DNA of 35,105 nucleotides from a virus (Duplodnaviria; Heunggongvirae; Uroviricota; Caudoviricetes): IMG/VR virus record IMGVR_UViG_2711768044_000007, positions 1 to 35,105 of that record; one strand, 5' to 3'. Shown piece by piece: positions 8,867 to 17,512 of this stretch (position 1 is its first letter; each line of letters starts with the position of its first letter). The notes under the pieces were generated by a model. It saw only the letters and a program-made list of their open reading frames with translations, ran no database searches and was not told where the DNA came from. The position numbers and the translations under genes were made by a program.

Positions 8867-9206
8867 ACTCCTCTGATTTAAAAGAAGCTCGAATCAAACT
8901 GGGTACTCCAAGCTTATCCAGATCATTTACGTTGTAGCCGTTTATTTTTACGGATGTCAGTTGCCCGTTCTCATTCATGGTTAATTCAACACTGGCATCC
9001 TTGTGTCGGTTTATCCATTTTTTTACGATGAGAACAATAGCGGCCCATGTTTCTGGCGTGTTAACCGCATGGAGCAACTCAACCATTTCGGTTACATTGT
9101 ATGATAAAGCTGCAATAGGGGTGTATCTGATACCATTATCCTGCAGGGACTGGTACATGTCATCGGTATAGCCTGATTCAAACTCAATGATGGGGCCAAA
9201 AGTCAT
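8865..9206 (-). CDS. hypothetical protein, reverse-oriented moron between gemA and mor
   Basis: 113-aa minus-strand ORF; AGGAC ~9 nt upstream of ATG; visibly AT-richer than flanking phage genes; AT-rich putative promoter region 9207-9479; bracketed by two copies of the same hairpin. Confidence 0.55.
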   Translation of the reverse strand: MTFGPIIEFESGYTDDMYQSLQDNGIRYTPIAALSYNVTEMVELLHAVNTPETWAAIVLIVKKWINRHKDASVELTMNENGQLTSVKINGYNVNDLDKLGVPSLIRASFKSEE

Positions 9207-9479
9207 ATGAACATAGTCCTGTATAAAAAAACGTTAAAGGAACGGTTTGTTATCTTCAGAGCGTTAGTTTTTATGTCTTTTTCCATGCTTTTTTACGGCA
9301 AAGCATGTTTGATAATAAAAGACAACCAGCTCGCATATACCAGTGATGATCTCATCAGTGGTAAAAAAACAATCGGTATATTCAGAAGAATAAATAAATG
9401 ATCTTTATCATACACTTACACGATTAACTGATCAATATTTGTCCAGGTATTGTTAAGCCCGTTTATTCGTTACATTCCT

Positions 9480-9510
9480 AAATCCCGCCACAGCGCGGGA
9501 TTTTTATTTT
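9480..9510 (+). terminator. second copy of the terminator-like hairpin, upstream of mor
   Basis: AAATCCCGCCACAGCGCGGGATTT + ttatttt; differs from the copy at 8835-8858 by one loop base. Confidence 0.55.
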
Positions 9511-9545
9511 AAACTTGCCCTGTGTAATGATGACCGGAGGCGGGT

Positions 9546-9968
9546 ATGGCTGAAACACAGATGAGCATGTTTGGTGACAGCGAACAGCTGCACGCGCTGA
9601 TTGACCGTCTGGATGACATTCCTGATGATGAGCTGAAAAAGAACTGGCCCGGCACGCTGCGGGACCTGGTTGATGTGATCAGTGCTGAACTGCACCGTCA
9701 GGGGATTGAACCTGCTCAGGCAGGAATGCTTGCCCGTAAAGTTGCGGCCGCACAGGCCGGGTACATGGGCGGGCGTGGTTATTATCTCCCGGTCGGTGAA
9801 TCCCTTTTCACCGAACTGCGCAATAATGAGATTTTTTCCCGCTGGAGCCAGGGCGAAAAAATTGAAACCCTGCGCCGCCACTACCAGATGTCAGAGACGC
9901 AGATTTACTCCGTTATCCGCACCCAGCGCCGCCTGCATCAGGAACGCACGCAGCCCCGGCTTTTCTGA
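9546..9968 (+). CDS. mor: Mor/C-family transcriptional activator
   Basis: 140 aa; GGAGG RBS; C-terminal HTH region LRRHYQMSETQIYSVIRTQRR typical of Mu Mor/C; sits between gemA and the lysis genes. Confidence 0.7.
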   Translation: MAETQMSMFGDSEQLHALIDRLDDIPDDELKKNWPGTLRDLVDVISAELHRQGIEPAQAGMLARKVAAAQAGYMGGRGYYLPVGESLFTELRNNEIFSRWSQGEKIETLRRHYQMSETQIYSVIRTQRRLHQERTQPRLF

Positions 9969-10039
9969 TATTCCGCAAATCCTGCCCACTTTTTCCCACG
10001 GTTACGCTGACTCAGAGAACACCATGAGACAGCGTAACA

Positions 10040-10540
10040 ATGCCAAAACTCCCCGCGCCACTGCGTAAAAAGCTGATTGCCCTTGTCCTGGCCGGAGCCG
10101 GGACGTTCACCATTGCCACGCACTACACCGGCTACTGGGAAGGGAAAGGAAACACCACGTATATTGATCCCACCGGCACCCCCACCATCTGTTACGGCCA
10201 TACCGGCCCGGATGTGAAACCGGGGATGACAAAAACTGATGAAGAGTGTCTGGAGCTGCTGGAAAAGGACATGAAATGGGCCTTTGCGGCCATTGATCGT
10301 TATGTTCAGGTGCCGCTTACCCGTGGTCAGACGGTGGCGCTGGCCTCCTGGATTTTCTGGGCCGGTGAAACGAACTTTCGCAACTCCACGCTCCTGCGCC
10401 TTATCAATGCCGGGCAGATGCCCGCGTCCTGTAAGCAGTATATCCGCTGGATTTATTCAAAGGGGGTAAAACTCCCCGGCCTTGAGGCCCGCCGTTCGGC
10501 GGATGAATGGTTATGTCGTTACGATTTGCCGAAAGTCTGA
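10040..10540 (+). CDS. lys: SAR-endolysin, GH24 (T4-lysozyme-like) lysozyme
   Basis: 166 aa; N-terminal signal-anchor-like LIALVLAGAGTFTIA; catalytic-region motif EGKGNTTYIDPTGTPTICYGHTG (E...D...T GH24 pattern). Confidence 0.8.
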   Translation: MPKLPAPLRKKLIALVLAGAGTFTIATHYTGYWEGKGNTTYIDPTGTPTICYGHTGPDVKPGMTKTDEECLELLEKDMKWAFAAIDRYVQVPLTRGQTVALASWIFWAGETNFRNSTLLRLINAGQMPASCKQYIRWIYSKGVKLPGLEARRSADEWLCRYDLPKV

Positions 10541-10652
10541 ACCGCTTCTGGCGACCACTCATGATTGCGCTGTTGTGTGTCGTTGTGGTGCTCCGGGGTG
10601 TGCTGTGGCTGCGGTGAATAATCCCTTACCGGCCCTGATTGCCGGAGGGTGT

Positions 10653-11003
10653 ATGGCGGCGCTGGGGGTGATGAGCGTGCTGGCTGCCGTGGTATGGGGA
10701 ATGCACCAGAAGACACAGCGTCTTGAAGACAATAATCATGTGCTTGTGCGTGAACGGGACGAAGCCCGTCTGGTGCTGGCAAACCAGCAACGCACCCTGC
10801 AACTCATTTCACAAATCAGCAAGGCGGCCACGAATGAAAAACAGCAGAACATGCAGCACAGCGAGGAACAGCAGAGCATTGTCCGCCGGTCGCTGGCAAC
10901 GGTGCCTGCGGCCGCTGTTCCTGTGCCTGATGATGTGGCTGACCGGGTGCGGCGGGCCGTCTGTGAAATACGTGCCGGTGAAGCCGGTGCCGATCCCCGC
11001 TGA
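10653..11003 (+). CDS. i-spanin (Rz-like inner-membrane spanin)
   Basis: ATG 10653 preceded by GGAGGGTG; N-terminal TM (AALGVMSVLAAVVWG) then coiled-coil-like region; immediately downstream of endolysin. Start alternatives: GTG 10614, or the track start 10482 (no RBS). Confidence 0.55.
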   Translation: MAALGVMSVLAAVVWGMHQKTQRLEDNNHVLVRERDEARLVLANQQRTLQLISQISKAATNEKQQNMQHSEEQQSIVRRSLATVPAAAVPVPDDVADRVRRAVCEIRAGEAGADPR

Positions 11004-11205
11004 ATGGCTGGCTGACTGTCTGGTCCCTTCTGTGCCGCAGCCGTTCACGTTTGGCGCATCGGTCACTTACAACCTGCAACTGCTGGCGGTGATTAAGAAC
11101 TGCAACGTGGACAAGGCCAGCATCCGCCGTCTGGAGGCACAGCGACAGCATGAATTTACTGATATGGCCGGAACGACTGCTGTTCCGGCAGGAAAGACAA
11201 AGTAA
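10834..11205 (+). CDS. o-spanin (Rz1-like outer-membrane lipoprotein), overlapping the i-spanin in a different frame
   Basis: Lipobox L-T-G-C after hydrophobic core PLFLCLMMW; proline-rich mature part (PSVKYVPVKPVPIPAEW...). Start ATG 10834 or in-frame TTG 10879; extends ~200 nt beyond the i-spanin stop. Confidence 0.5.
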   Translation: MKNSRTCSTARNSRALSAGRWQRCLRPLFLCLMMWLTGCGGPSVKYVPVKPVPIPAEWLADCLVPSVPQPFTFGASVTYNLQLLAVIKNCNVDKASIRRLEAQRQHEFTDMAGTTAVPAGKTK

Positions 11206-11215
11206 GGAAAAAGGT

Positions 11216-11443
11216 ATGGATGATTCAGATTGTGCTCAGGCAGTCATGGAGCGGGCAACAGAACGTGCCCTTTGTGACCGGCTGACACGTAAGCGCCGGG
11301 TGGCGGAGACACCGGGCAGGCGTGTATGCGCGGACTGCGGGGGTGACATTCCGGCCGCCCGTCTGGTTGCCGTGCCGGATGCCATCCGTTGTGTGAACTG
11401 CCAGAACATCATGGAGGCCGGTCATGTGGGTCAGCATCGTTAA
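11216..11443 (+). CDS. TraR/DksA-family C4 zinc-finger protein
   Basis: 75 aa from ATG 11216 (AAGGAAAAAGG RBS); CxxC...CxxC (CADCGGDIP...CVNCQ) as in phage/plasmid TraR proteins. Confidence 0.65.
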   Translation: MDDSDCAQAVMERATERALCDRLTRKRRVAETPGRRVCADCGGDIPAARLVAVPDAIRCVNCQNIMEAGHVGQHR

Positions 11444-11735
11444 AGATTATGTCGTGCCGATCCTGTCGGCAACGGCCACAGCCGGGGGGATTTTTATGGC
11501 GCTGATGCGCAAAACCTTTGTCCCCCGCGAGGCCTTTGAAAAACTCTCCGACCGGGTTGAGCGGGTGGAGAGCCGGATTTCCGGCCTGCCCACGCAGCAG
11601 GAGGTGAACAGACTCAATATCGAAATCACCACCCTGCGCGGTGAGCTTAAGGCCACCAATGCCACCCTGAAATCCGTCTCCCATCAGAACGAACTGCTGC
11701 TGGAGCAGGCTGTAAGGAAAAAACACAATGAGTGA
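11424..11735 (+). CDS. small membrane protein with coiled-coil (possible lysis accessory/releasin-like; hypothetical)
   Basis: 103 aa; GGAGG RBS; N-terminal TM (VVPILSATATAGGIFMAL) then heptad-like region. Confidence 0.45.
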   Translation: MWVSIVKDYVVPILSATATAGGIFMALMRKTFVPREAFEKLSDRVERVESRISGLPTQQEVNRLNIEITTLRGELKATNATLKSVSHQNELLLEQAVRKKHNE

Positions 11736-12018
11736 TTTCATTACTGAAGATCAGCGTCTTGTCATTCTGCGGTCGCTGGCGGATTACAACGGCGAACTGG
11801 GTGAATCTGTGCTCCAGGACTGTCTGGATGATTACGGTCACCGCGTGTCCCGCGACACCGTGCATACCCATATTGCCTGGCTTGCTGAGCAGGGGCTGGT
11901 GCGTAAGCGCACGCTTGTTAACGGTTATTTCATCGCTGAACTGACCGGCCGGGGTCAGGATGTGGCGGAAGGCCGCGCCACCGTTCCGGGTGTGAAAAAA
12001 CCACGCGCAAGGGGGTAA
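11728..12018 (+). CDS. hypothetical protein (possible winged-helix)
   Basis: 96-aa ORF with AAGGAA RBS, immediately upstream of the packaging genes. Confidence 0.45.
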   Translation: MSDFITEDQRLVILRSLADYNGELGESVLQDCLDDYGHRVSRDTVHTHIAWLAEQGLVRKRTLVNGYFIAELTGRGQDVAEGRATVPGVKKPRARG

Positions 12019-12020
12019 CG

Positions 12021-12602
12021 ATGGATAAGCCAACGCGTGGCCGTGTACGCAAGGTGGATTTGCTCCCCGACAGCATCCGTAAGCCGCTGCTGGAAATGCT
12101 GCGTGAAAAACGTCTGACGCAGGTCCAGATCCGCGAGGAAATCAACCGCCTGATCCGTGAGGCGGGTCTGCCGGAAGAGCAGCAGCTTTCACCGGCGGCC
12201 ATCAGCCGGGAGGCCTCCCGTAATGAGCTGATTGCCCGTAACCTGCGTGATTTACGCGAGCAGACAAAAGCCATGATGGCCGAACTGGGGGACAAGCCGA
12301 CCGGTGAAACCACGGCACTGATTCTGGAAATGTCCCGCGCCCTGATGTACCGCCGTCTGCGTGCTGCCACCGAATCCCTGAACAGCGACAGCGATGTGGA
12401 TATGCGCCTTATTAAGGACATCCTCCTGTCGGCACAGCGTGCGGAAAGTGCCGCCGAGCGCAGCATTAAGCGTGAAAAAGAAATCCGGGCCGCATTTGCT
12501 GAAGAGATGGCGAACGCCGTCACCGACGAGTTGCGCGGCGTGGATGGCATGAGCGAGCAGATCGAATTCCGTATCAGGCAGATGCTGCTTGGTAAGGCGT
12601 AG
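12021..12602 (+). CDS. putative terminase small subunit (Mu gp27-like, DUF3486-like)
   Basis: 193 aa, AGGGGG RBS, directly upstream of large terminase; charged/helical composition as in Mu gp27. Confidence 0.55.
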   Translation: MDKPTRGRVRKVDLLPDSIRKPLLEMLREKRLTQVQIREEINRLIREAGLPEEQQLSPAAISREASRNELIARNLRDLREQTKAMMAELGDKPTGETTALILEMSRALMYRRLRAATESLNSDSDVDMRLIKDILLSAQRAESAAERSIKREKEIRAAFAEEMANAVTDELRGVDGMSEQIEFRIRQMLLGKA

Positions 12603-12612
12603 GAGGTGAATC

Positions 12613-12861
12613 GTGGTAACAGATAACCGCTCACTGATGAGTAGTGCTCATCAGAAGGCATTCAGTCTTGCAACACAGTTACCTCCTGAAACCATAAAAG
12701 CGTGTCGTGAGTTGACTGAACTCAGCATTGCCGGGGAAATATCCCTGGAACAACTGCATTCGCTGCTGGCAGAGGCTGCCACTGATGAGTTGAGCGGCGT
12801 GGACGTGATGACTGAAGAGCTTGAGTCCCGAATCAAAAGCATTCTGACAGGTAAAGCCTGA
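12613..12861 (+). CDS. small hypothetical protein sharing a C-terminal motif with the preceding gene
   Basis: 82 aa, GTG start with strong AGGAGGTG RBS; C-terminus DELSGVDVMTEELESRIKSILTGKA parallels DELRGVDGMSEQIEFRIRQMLLGKA of the upstream protein. Confidence 0.45.
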   Translation: MVTDNRSLMSSAHQKAFSLATQLPPETIKACRELTELSIAGEISLEQLHSLLAEAATDELSGVDVMTEELESRIKSILTGKA

Positions 12862-14525
12862 TGAACAAAGCCAAAGAAAAGTCTCCTTCACTGATACAAA
12901 TGACGCCTCCCCGCAAAATTGATCTGTCCGGTGAAAAAGCCCTGCTGGGCGTGGATGTGCCGGACAGCCTTGATTTGCCCGGTGATATGCCGGTGTTTCT
13001 GGATTATCAGGCCCGCTGGTTTGCGGATGAAAGTCAGGTCTGCATTGCGGAGAAATCACGACGCACCGGTCTTACCTGGGCGGAAGCCGGGCGTAACGTC
13101 ATTACCGCCGCAAAACCGAAGCGTCGTGGTGGCCGTAATGTGTTTTATGTGGGATCAAAGCAGGAGATGGCGCTGGAATATATTTCTGCCTGCGCACTGT
13201 TCTCCCGTGCCTTTAACCAGCTGGCGGATGCTGATGTGTATGAGCAGACCTTCTGGGATCGGGATAAAAAAGAAGAAATTCTGACCTACATGATCCGCTT
13301 TCCGAACAGTGGATTCAAAATTCAGGCACTGTCTTCCCGTCCGTCAAACCTGCGCGGCCTTCAGGGGGATGTGGTGATTGATGAAGCCGCGTTCCATGAG
13401 TCACTGGATGAACTTCTCAAGGCGGCAATGGCGCTCACCATGTGGGGCGCGCGCGTGCGTATTATCTCCACGCATAACGGCGTCGATAATCTGTTTAATC
13501 AGTACATTCAGGAAGCCCGCGAGGGGCGCAAGGATTACAGCGTCCACCGCATAACCCTGGATGATGCCATTGCGGACGGATTATACCGTCGTATCTGTTA
13601 CGTCACCGATCAGGAATGGTCACCGGAAAGCGAGCAGAAATGGCGTGATGATCTCTACAAAAACGCCCCGACCCGTGAGGATGCCGACGAGGAATACGGC
13701 TGTATCCCGAAAAAATCCGGCGGTGCCTATATTCCCCACGCGCTTATTGAAATGGCGATGATCCGCGACATCCCGATTCTGACGTTTGAAGCCCCGGACA
13801 ACTTCATCAGCCGTGCCGCATGGCTGCGTGAATCGGAAGTTTTAACCTGGTGTGAAGAACATTTAAAACCGCTTACAGAGAAATTAAATCCCCGTTCCCG
13901 CTTCAGCTTCGGGGAAGACTTTGCCCGCACCGGTGACCTGTCCTGCTTTGTGCTGCTGGAAATCACCGAACTCCTGGCAAAGCGCGAGGTGTTTCGCGTG
14001 GAGCTGCGCAACCTGCCGTATGCCCAGCAGGAACAGGTGATGATGTACATCCTGACCCGCGTTCCGGCGCTGGTCGGTGCGGCGTTCGACGCCACCGGTA
14101 ACGGCGGCTATCTGGCAGAGGCCGCACTGCTGGCCTTTGGCCCGGACATCATCGACTGCGTGATGTTGTCGCCGAAGTGGTACGGCGAGTGGATGCCAAA
14201 ACTGAAAGCCGAGTTTGAAGATCAGAATATCCTCGTCGCCCGCCATCAGACCACGCTTGATGATTTGCGCCATGTGAAGGTGGTGAATGGTATCCCGCAA
14301 ATCGACAAGGGGCGCACGAAGGACCAGAACGCAACGGCTGCGAACGCCCGCCGCCATGGTGATTTTGCCGTGGCGCTCTGTATGGCAAACCGGGCGTCAT
14401 ATATGGAGGGCTTCATCCTGGATGAATCAGCCTGTCAGGCGCTGCCGGAGCGGTCGCGGGCAATGGAGGGCGGTTATCGTGATGACGATGAGGCATATCA
14501 TGAATTTGATCGGGGGTGCTGGTAG
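12861..14525 (+). CDS. terminase large subunit (Mu gp28-like)
   Basis: 554 aa, position and size; typical packaging-module order small terminase - large terminase - portal. Confidence 0.8.
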   Translation: MNKAKEKSPSLIQMTPPRKIDLSGEKALLGVDVPDSLDLPGDMPVFLDYQARWFADESQVCIAEKSRRTGLTWAEAGRNVITAAKPKRRGGRNVFYVGSKQEMALEYISACALFSRAFNQLADADVYEQTFWDRDKKEEILTYMIRFPNSGFKIQALSSRPSNLRGLQGDVVIDEAAFHESLDELLKAAMALTMWGARVRIISTHNGVDNLFNQYIQEAREGRKDYSVHRITLDDAIADGLYRRICYVTDQEWSPESEQKWRDDLYKNAPTREDADEEYGCIPKKSGGAYIPHALIEMAMIRDIPILTFEAPDNFISRAAWLRESEVLTWCEEHLKPLTEKLNPRSRFSFGEDFARTGDLSCFVLLEITELLAKREVFRVELRNLPYAQQEQVMMYILTRVPALVGAAFDATGNGGYLAEAALLAFGPDIIDCVMLSPKWYGEWMPKLKAEFEDQNILVARHQTTLDDLRHVKVVNGIPQIDKGRTKDQNATAANARRHGDFAVALCMANRASYMEGFILDESACQALPERSRAMEGGYRDDDEAYHEFDRGCW

Positions 14526-16114
14526 TGGGACGCATAATTGATCTTGACGGAAAACCTTTCTCCTTTGACCCGGAGATGCAGAGTGCCGCGCTGGATATTC
14601 CGCAGATTGCCAGCCGTTATGTTGAGCATCCCGCCTCGGGTATCACCCCGAACCGGGCGGCGCAGTGCCTTCGCGGGGCTGAACGTGGCGATCTGATTGC
14701 CCAGTCCGATCTGGCGGCTGACATTGAAGAAAAGGACACCCACCTTTTTGCGGAGCTGGGCAAGCGACGTCTTGCCATTCAGGGGGTGCCATGGAGCATT
14801 GAGCCGCCACCGAACGCCAGCGCGAATGAGAAAAAGGACGCGGAAATGCTCGACGAATATCTGCATTCCGCAGACTGGTTTGATGCCATGCTGTTTGACG
14901 CCACGGATGCCATCCTGAAGGGCTATTCCTGCATGGAAATTGAGCACGGGATGCTCGGTAAAATGCACATCATCCGCGCCATCCGCTGGCGTGACAGCGG
15001 GCATTTCTGCCTTAACCCGGATGATTTGAGCGAGCTGCGACTGCGTGACGGCAGCCATGCCGGGGTGGCGTTTCAGCCCTTTGGCTGGATAGTGCATCAG
15101 TCACGTTCACGCACCGGCTACGGCGGCGCAACGGGGCTTGTCAGAACGCTTATCTGGCCGTTCATCTTCAAAAACTATTCCGTGCGTGATCTGGCGGAGT
15201 TTCTGGAGGTGTACGGCCTGCCGATGAAGGTCGGGAAATACCCGTCCGGGGCAACACCGGAGCAGAAAAGTGCCCTGATGCGGGCGGTGATGGATATCGG
15301 GCGACGTACAGGCGGAATCATCCCGGCCGGGATGTCGCTGGAGTTCCAGGCGGCAGCGAACGGTCAGGCCGATCCGTTTGAAACCATGATTTCGTGGGGG
15401 GAGCGTTCCATCTCCAAAGCAATACTCGGCGGCACGCTGACCACGGAAGCCGGAGACAAAGGCGCGCGCTCACTGGGTGAGGTGCATAACGAGGTGCGCC
15501 GGGAAATCAGGGATTCTGATTTACGGCAGCTGGCTGCAACCCTGAACCGCGATCTGGTGTATCCGCTGTACGCCCTGAACACCACGCACACTATTGATAT
15601 CCGCCGTCTGCCACGTATCTGCTTCCAGACCAAAGAACCAGGTGATATCACCAAAATCACCAGTGCGGTGATGCAGCTCAGTACGGGGATGGATATTTCT
15701 GATCCCTGGATACGGGAGCAGACCGGTATTCCGCAGCCCACGCCCGGTGAAGCCATCTTCCGTGTCCGTCAGAGTGGTAATGAACCGGCTCAGACCGACA
15801 GGGAAACACCACCGGAAAAACAGGAAAAGACAGAACAGACGGCGCTTTCAGCCCGACTACCGGAAACGAAAAACACGCAGCGTGATGAACTGGACGACAT
15901 GGGGGACGCGGTGCCTGCCCGCCGCTTACAGGAGGCCATCGATCCGGTGCTGGAGCCGGTCATTAATGCCATCAGAACGCGGGGGCTGGCGGATGCGCTG
16001 GCAGATCTGCCCGCCCTTTATCGTGAAATGGATGATTCCCGCCTGATGACGCTGCTCAGTGATGCCATGTTTGCTGCGGAAATGAAGGGGATGCTGGATG
16101 GCTCAGGGGATTGA
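14516..16114 (+). CDS. portal protein (Mu gp29-like, DUF935 family)
   Basis: 532 aa; GTG start overlapping terminase stop; position between terminase and MuF-like gene. Confidence 0.8.
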   Translation: MLVVGRIIDLDGKPFSFDPEMQSAALDIPQIASRYVEHPASGITPNRAAQCLRGAERGDLIAQSDLAADIEEKDTHLFAELGKRRLAIQGVPWSIEPPPNASANEKKDAEMLDEYLHSADWFDAMLFDATDAILKGYSCMEIEHGMLGKMHIIRAIRWRDSGHFCLNPDDLSELRLRDGSHAGVAFQPFGWIVHQSRSRTGYGGATGLVRTLIWPFIFKNYSVRDLAEFLEVYGLPMKVGKYPSGATPEQKSALMRAVMDIGRRTGGIIPAGMSLEFQAAANGQADPFETMISWGERSISKAILGGTLTTEAGDKGARSLGEVHNEVRREIRDSDLRQLAATLNRDLVYPLYALNTTHTIDIRRLPRICFQTKEPGDITKITSAVMQLSTGMDISDPWIREQTGIPQPTPGEAIFRVRQSGNEPAQTDRETPPEKQEKTEQTALSARLPETKNTQRDELDDMGDAVPARRLQEAIDPVLEPVINAIRTRGLADALADLPALYREMDDSRLMTLLSDAMFAAEMKGMLDGSGD

Positions 16115-17429
16115 TTTAGGTTATGCCGCCACGCTTCCCTCAAAAGAGGCGGTGGCATACTTCCGCGCCAAAGGGGCGCATATCAGCTGGAACTGGTTCG
16201 AAACAAACGCAGATGTTCATGCCCGTTCATTCACGGCGGCAAAAGTGGCACGCCTGGACGTACTGACCACACTACAGGCGGAAGTGCAGCGTGCTGTTGA
16301 TGAGGGAATTTCACAGAAAGCATTTATCCGCACGCTGACGCCACGCCTGCAAAAGCTGGGATGGTGGGGAAAGCAGATTGTGGTGGACAGCGACGGTAAC
16401 GCGGAAGAAGTGCAACTGGGCAGTCCCCGTCGTCTGGCGCTGATTTACAACGTGAACACCCGTGTGGCTTACAATGCCGGGCGTTACACGCAGATGATGA
16501 ACAACACGGACACGCATCCGTTCTGGCAGTATGTGGCGGTCATGGACAGCCGCACCCGCCCGGCGCATTCCGCCCTTAACGGGCTGGTATTCCGCTATGA
16601 TGATCCGTTCTGGAATACTCACTACCCGCCTAATGGCTGGAACTGTCGCTGCCGTGTCCGGCCATTGTCTCAGGCCCGTCTGGATGCGATGGGGCTGTCT
16701 GTTTCATCCGGTCAGGATCATCTCTCCACCCGCAATGTTGAAGCTGGCGTGGATAAACAGACCGGAGAAGTCAAAGAAATGCCGGTGACCACATATTCAG
16801 ATGGCACCAGAACCATGACACCGGATGTGGGCTGGTCATATAACCCCGGCTCGGCAGCGTTCGGCACAGACCAGGCGCTGATCCGCAAACTGATCGAGGT
16901 GAAAAGCCCGGAGTTACGGGAAATGGTGGTTCAGGAGATGAACAACAGCCCGGAGCGGCAGCTGGCGTTCCGCATCTGGGCAAAAAACATCATGCAGACC
17001 CGGCGAGGTGGTAACGATATCCGCACGCTGGGCTTTATGACTGAAAGCATTGCGCAGGCAGTGGAAAGCCGGACGGGAACGCCACCGGCCCGCCTGCTGG
17101 CGATGAGCGGTAAAAATGTGCTCCATGCAGACAGTGTGAAACATCAGAATGACGGCATCGCCCTGATGCCAGAGGACTTCGGGCGCTTACCGGCAATGCT
17201 GGCAAAGCCAAAAGCGGTGCTGTGGGACAAACGGCACAACAATCTGATGTATATCGTGGAAAATAAGGATGGCAGTGTGCAGATTGCCGTTAATGCACCG
17301 TACAGTCTGAAACGTCAGCCCGACAAACTGGATGTGATTGTGAATGCTTACCGGGTTATCAATATGGATAAGCTGAAATCGGATATCCGGGGCGGAATGC
17401 TTGAGGTGCTGGAAGGACAAATTGATTAA
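16098..17429 (+). CDS. MuF-like head morphogenesis protein (Mu gp30/F family)
   Basis: 443 aa; overlapping start with portal; size and position as Mu F. Confidence 0.7.
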   Translation: MAQGIDLGYAATLPSKEAVAYFRAKGAHISWNWFETNADVHARSFTAAKVARLDVLTTLQAEVQRAVDEGISQKAFIRTLTPRLQKLGWWGKQIVVDSDGNAEEVQLGSPRRLALIYNVNTRVAYNAGRYTQMMNNTDTHPFWQYVAVMDSRTRPAHSALNGLVFRYDDPFWNTHYPPNGWNCRCRVRPLSQARLDAMGLSVSSGQDHLSTRNVEAGVDKQTGEVKEMPVTTYSDGTRTMTPDVGWSYNPGSAAFGTDQALIRKLIEVKSPELREMVVQEMNNSPERQLAFRIWAKNIMQTRRGGNDIRTLGFMTESIAQAVESRTGTPPARLLAMSGKNVLHADSVKHQNDGIALMPEDFGRLPAMLAKPKAVLWDKRHNNLMYIVENKDGSVQIAVNAPYSLKRQPDKLDVIVNAYRVINMDKLKSDIRGGMLEVLEGQID

Positions 17430-17435
17430 CGGTCA

Positions 17436-17512
17436 GTGGCGGGGGTCGAACCCGCATACATGATCCACCCGGAGGCAGGCACCGACTTTACCAGTTAAGC
17501 GTACACTGACCG
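17436..17512 (-). other. tRNA-like 3' half (T-arm + acceptor strand) inside a long inverted repeat; not a complete tRNA
   Basis: Minus strand reads GCGGG-TTCGACC-CCCGC (canonical T-stem/TPsiC-like loop) followed by CACTGAC pairing with GTCAGTG 48 nt upstream; no convincing D or anticodon arm. On the + strand, GGTCAGTG...CACTGACC encloses the region and is followed by a T-rich run (possible terminator after the F gene). Confidence 0.25.

Noticed and set aside
9207-9401. 64-aa + strand ORF in the AT-rich region upstream of the first moron gene
   Set aside because: AT-rich, low-complexity, no RBS; more likely the promoter/leader region of the minus-strand moron gene.
10482-10652. N-terminal extension of the i-spanin ORF overlapping the endolysin 3' end
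   Set aside because: No RBS at 10482; ATG 10653 has a strong GGAGGGTG RBS and begins directly at the TM segment.
11930-12661. 243-aa minus-strand ORF overlapping the small-terminase gene
   Set aside because: Arg/Ser-rich low-complexity translation antisense to a well-supported + strand gene; typical spurious ORF in GC-rich DNA, no RBS.
14498-15097. 199-aa minus-strand ORF inside the portal gene
   Set aside because: Antisense to a confidently called structural gene; no independent support.
17436-17512. Complete tRNA gene on the minus strand
   Set aside because: Only the T-arm and acceptor pairing fold convincingly; no D-arm or anticodon stem-loop could be built, so not called as a tRNA.
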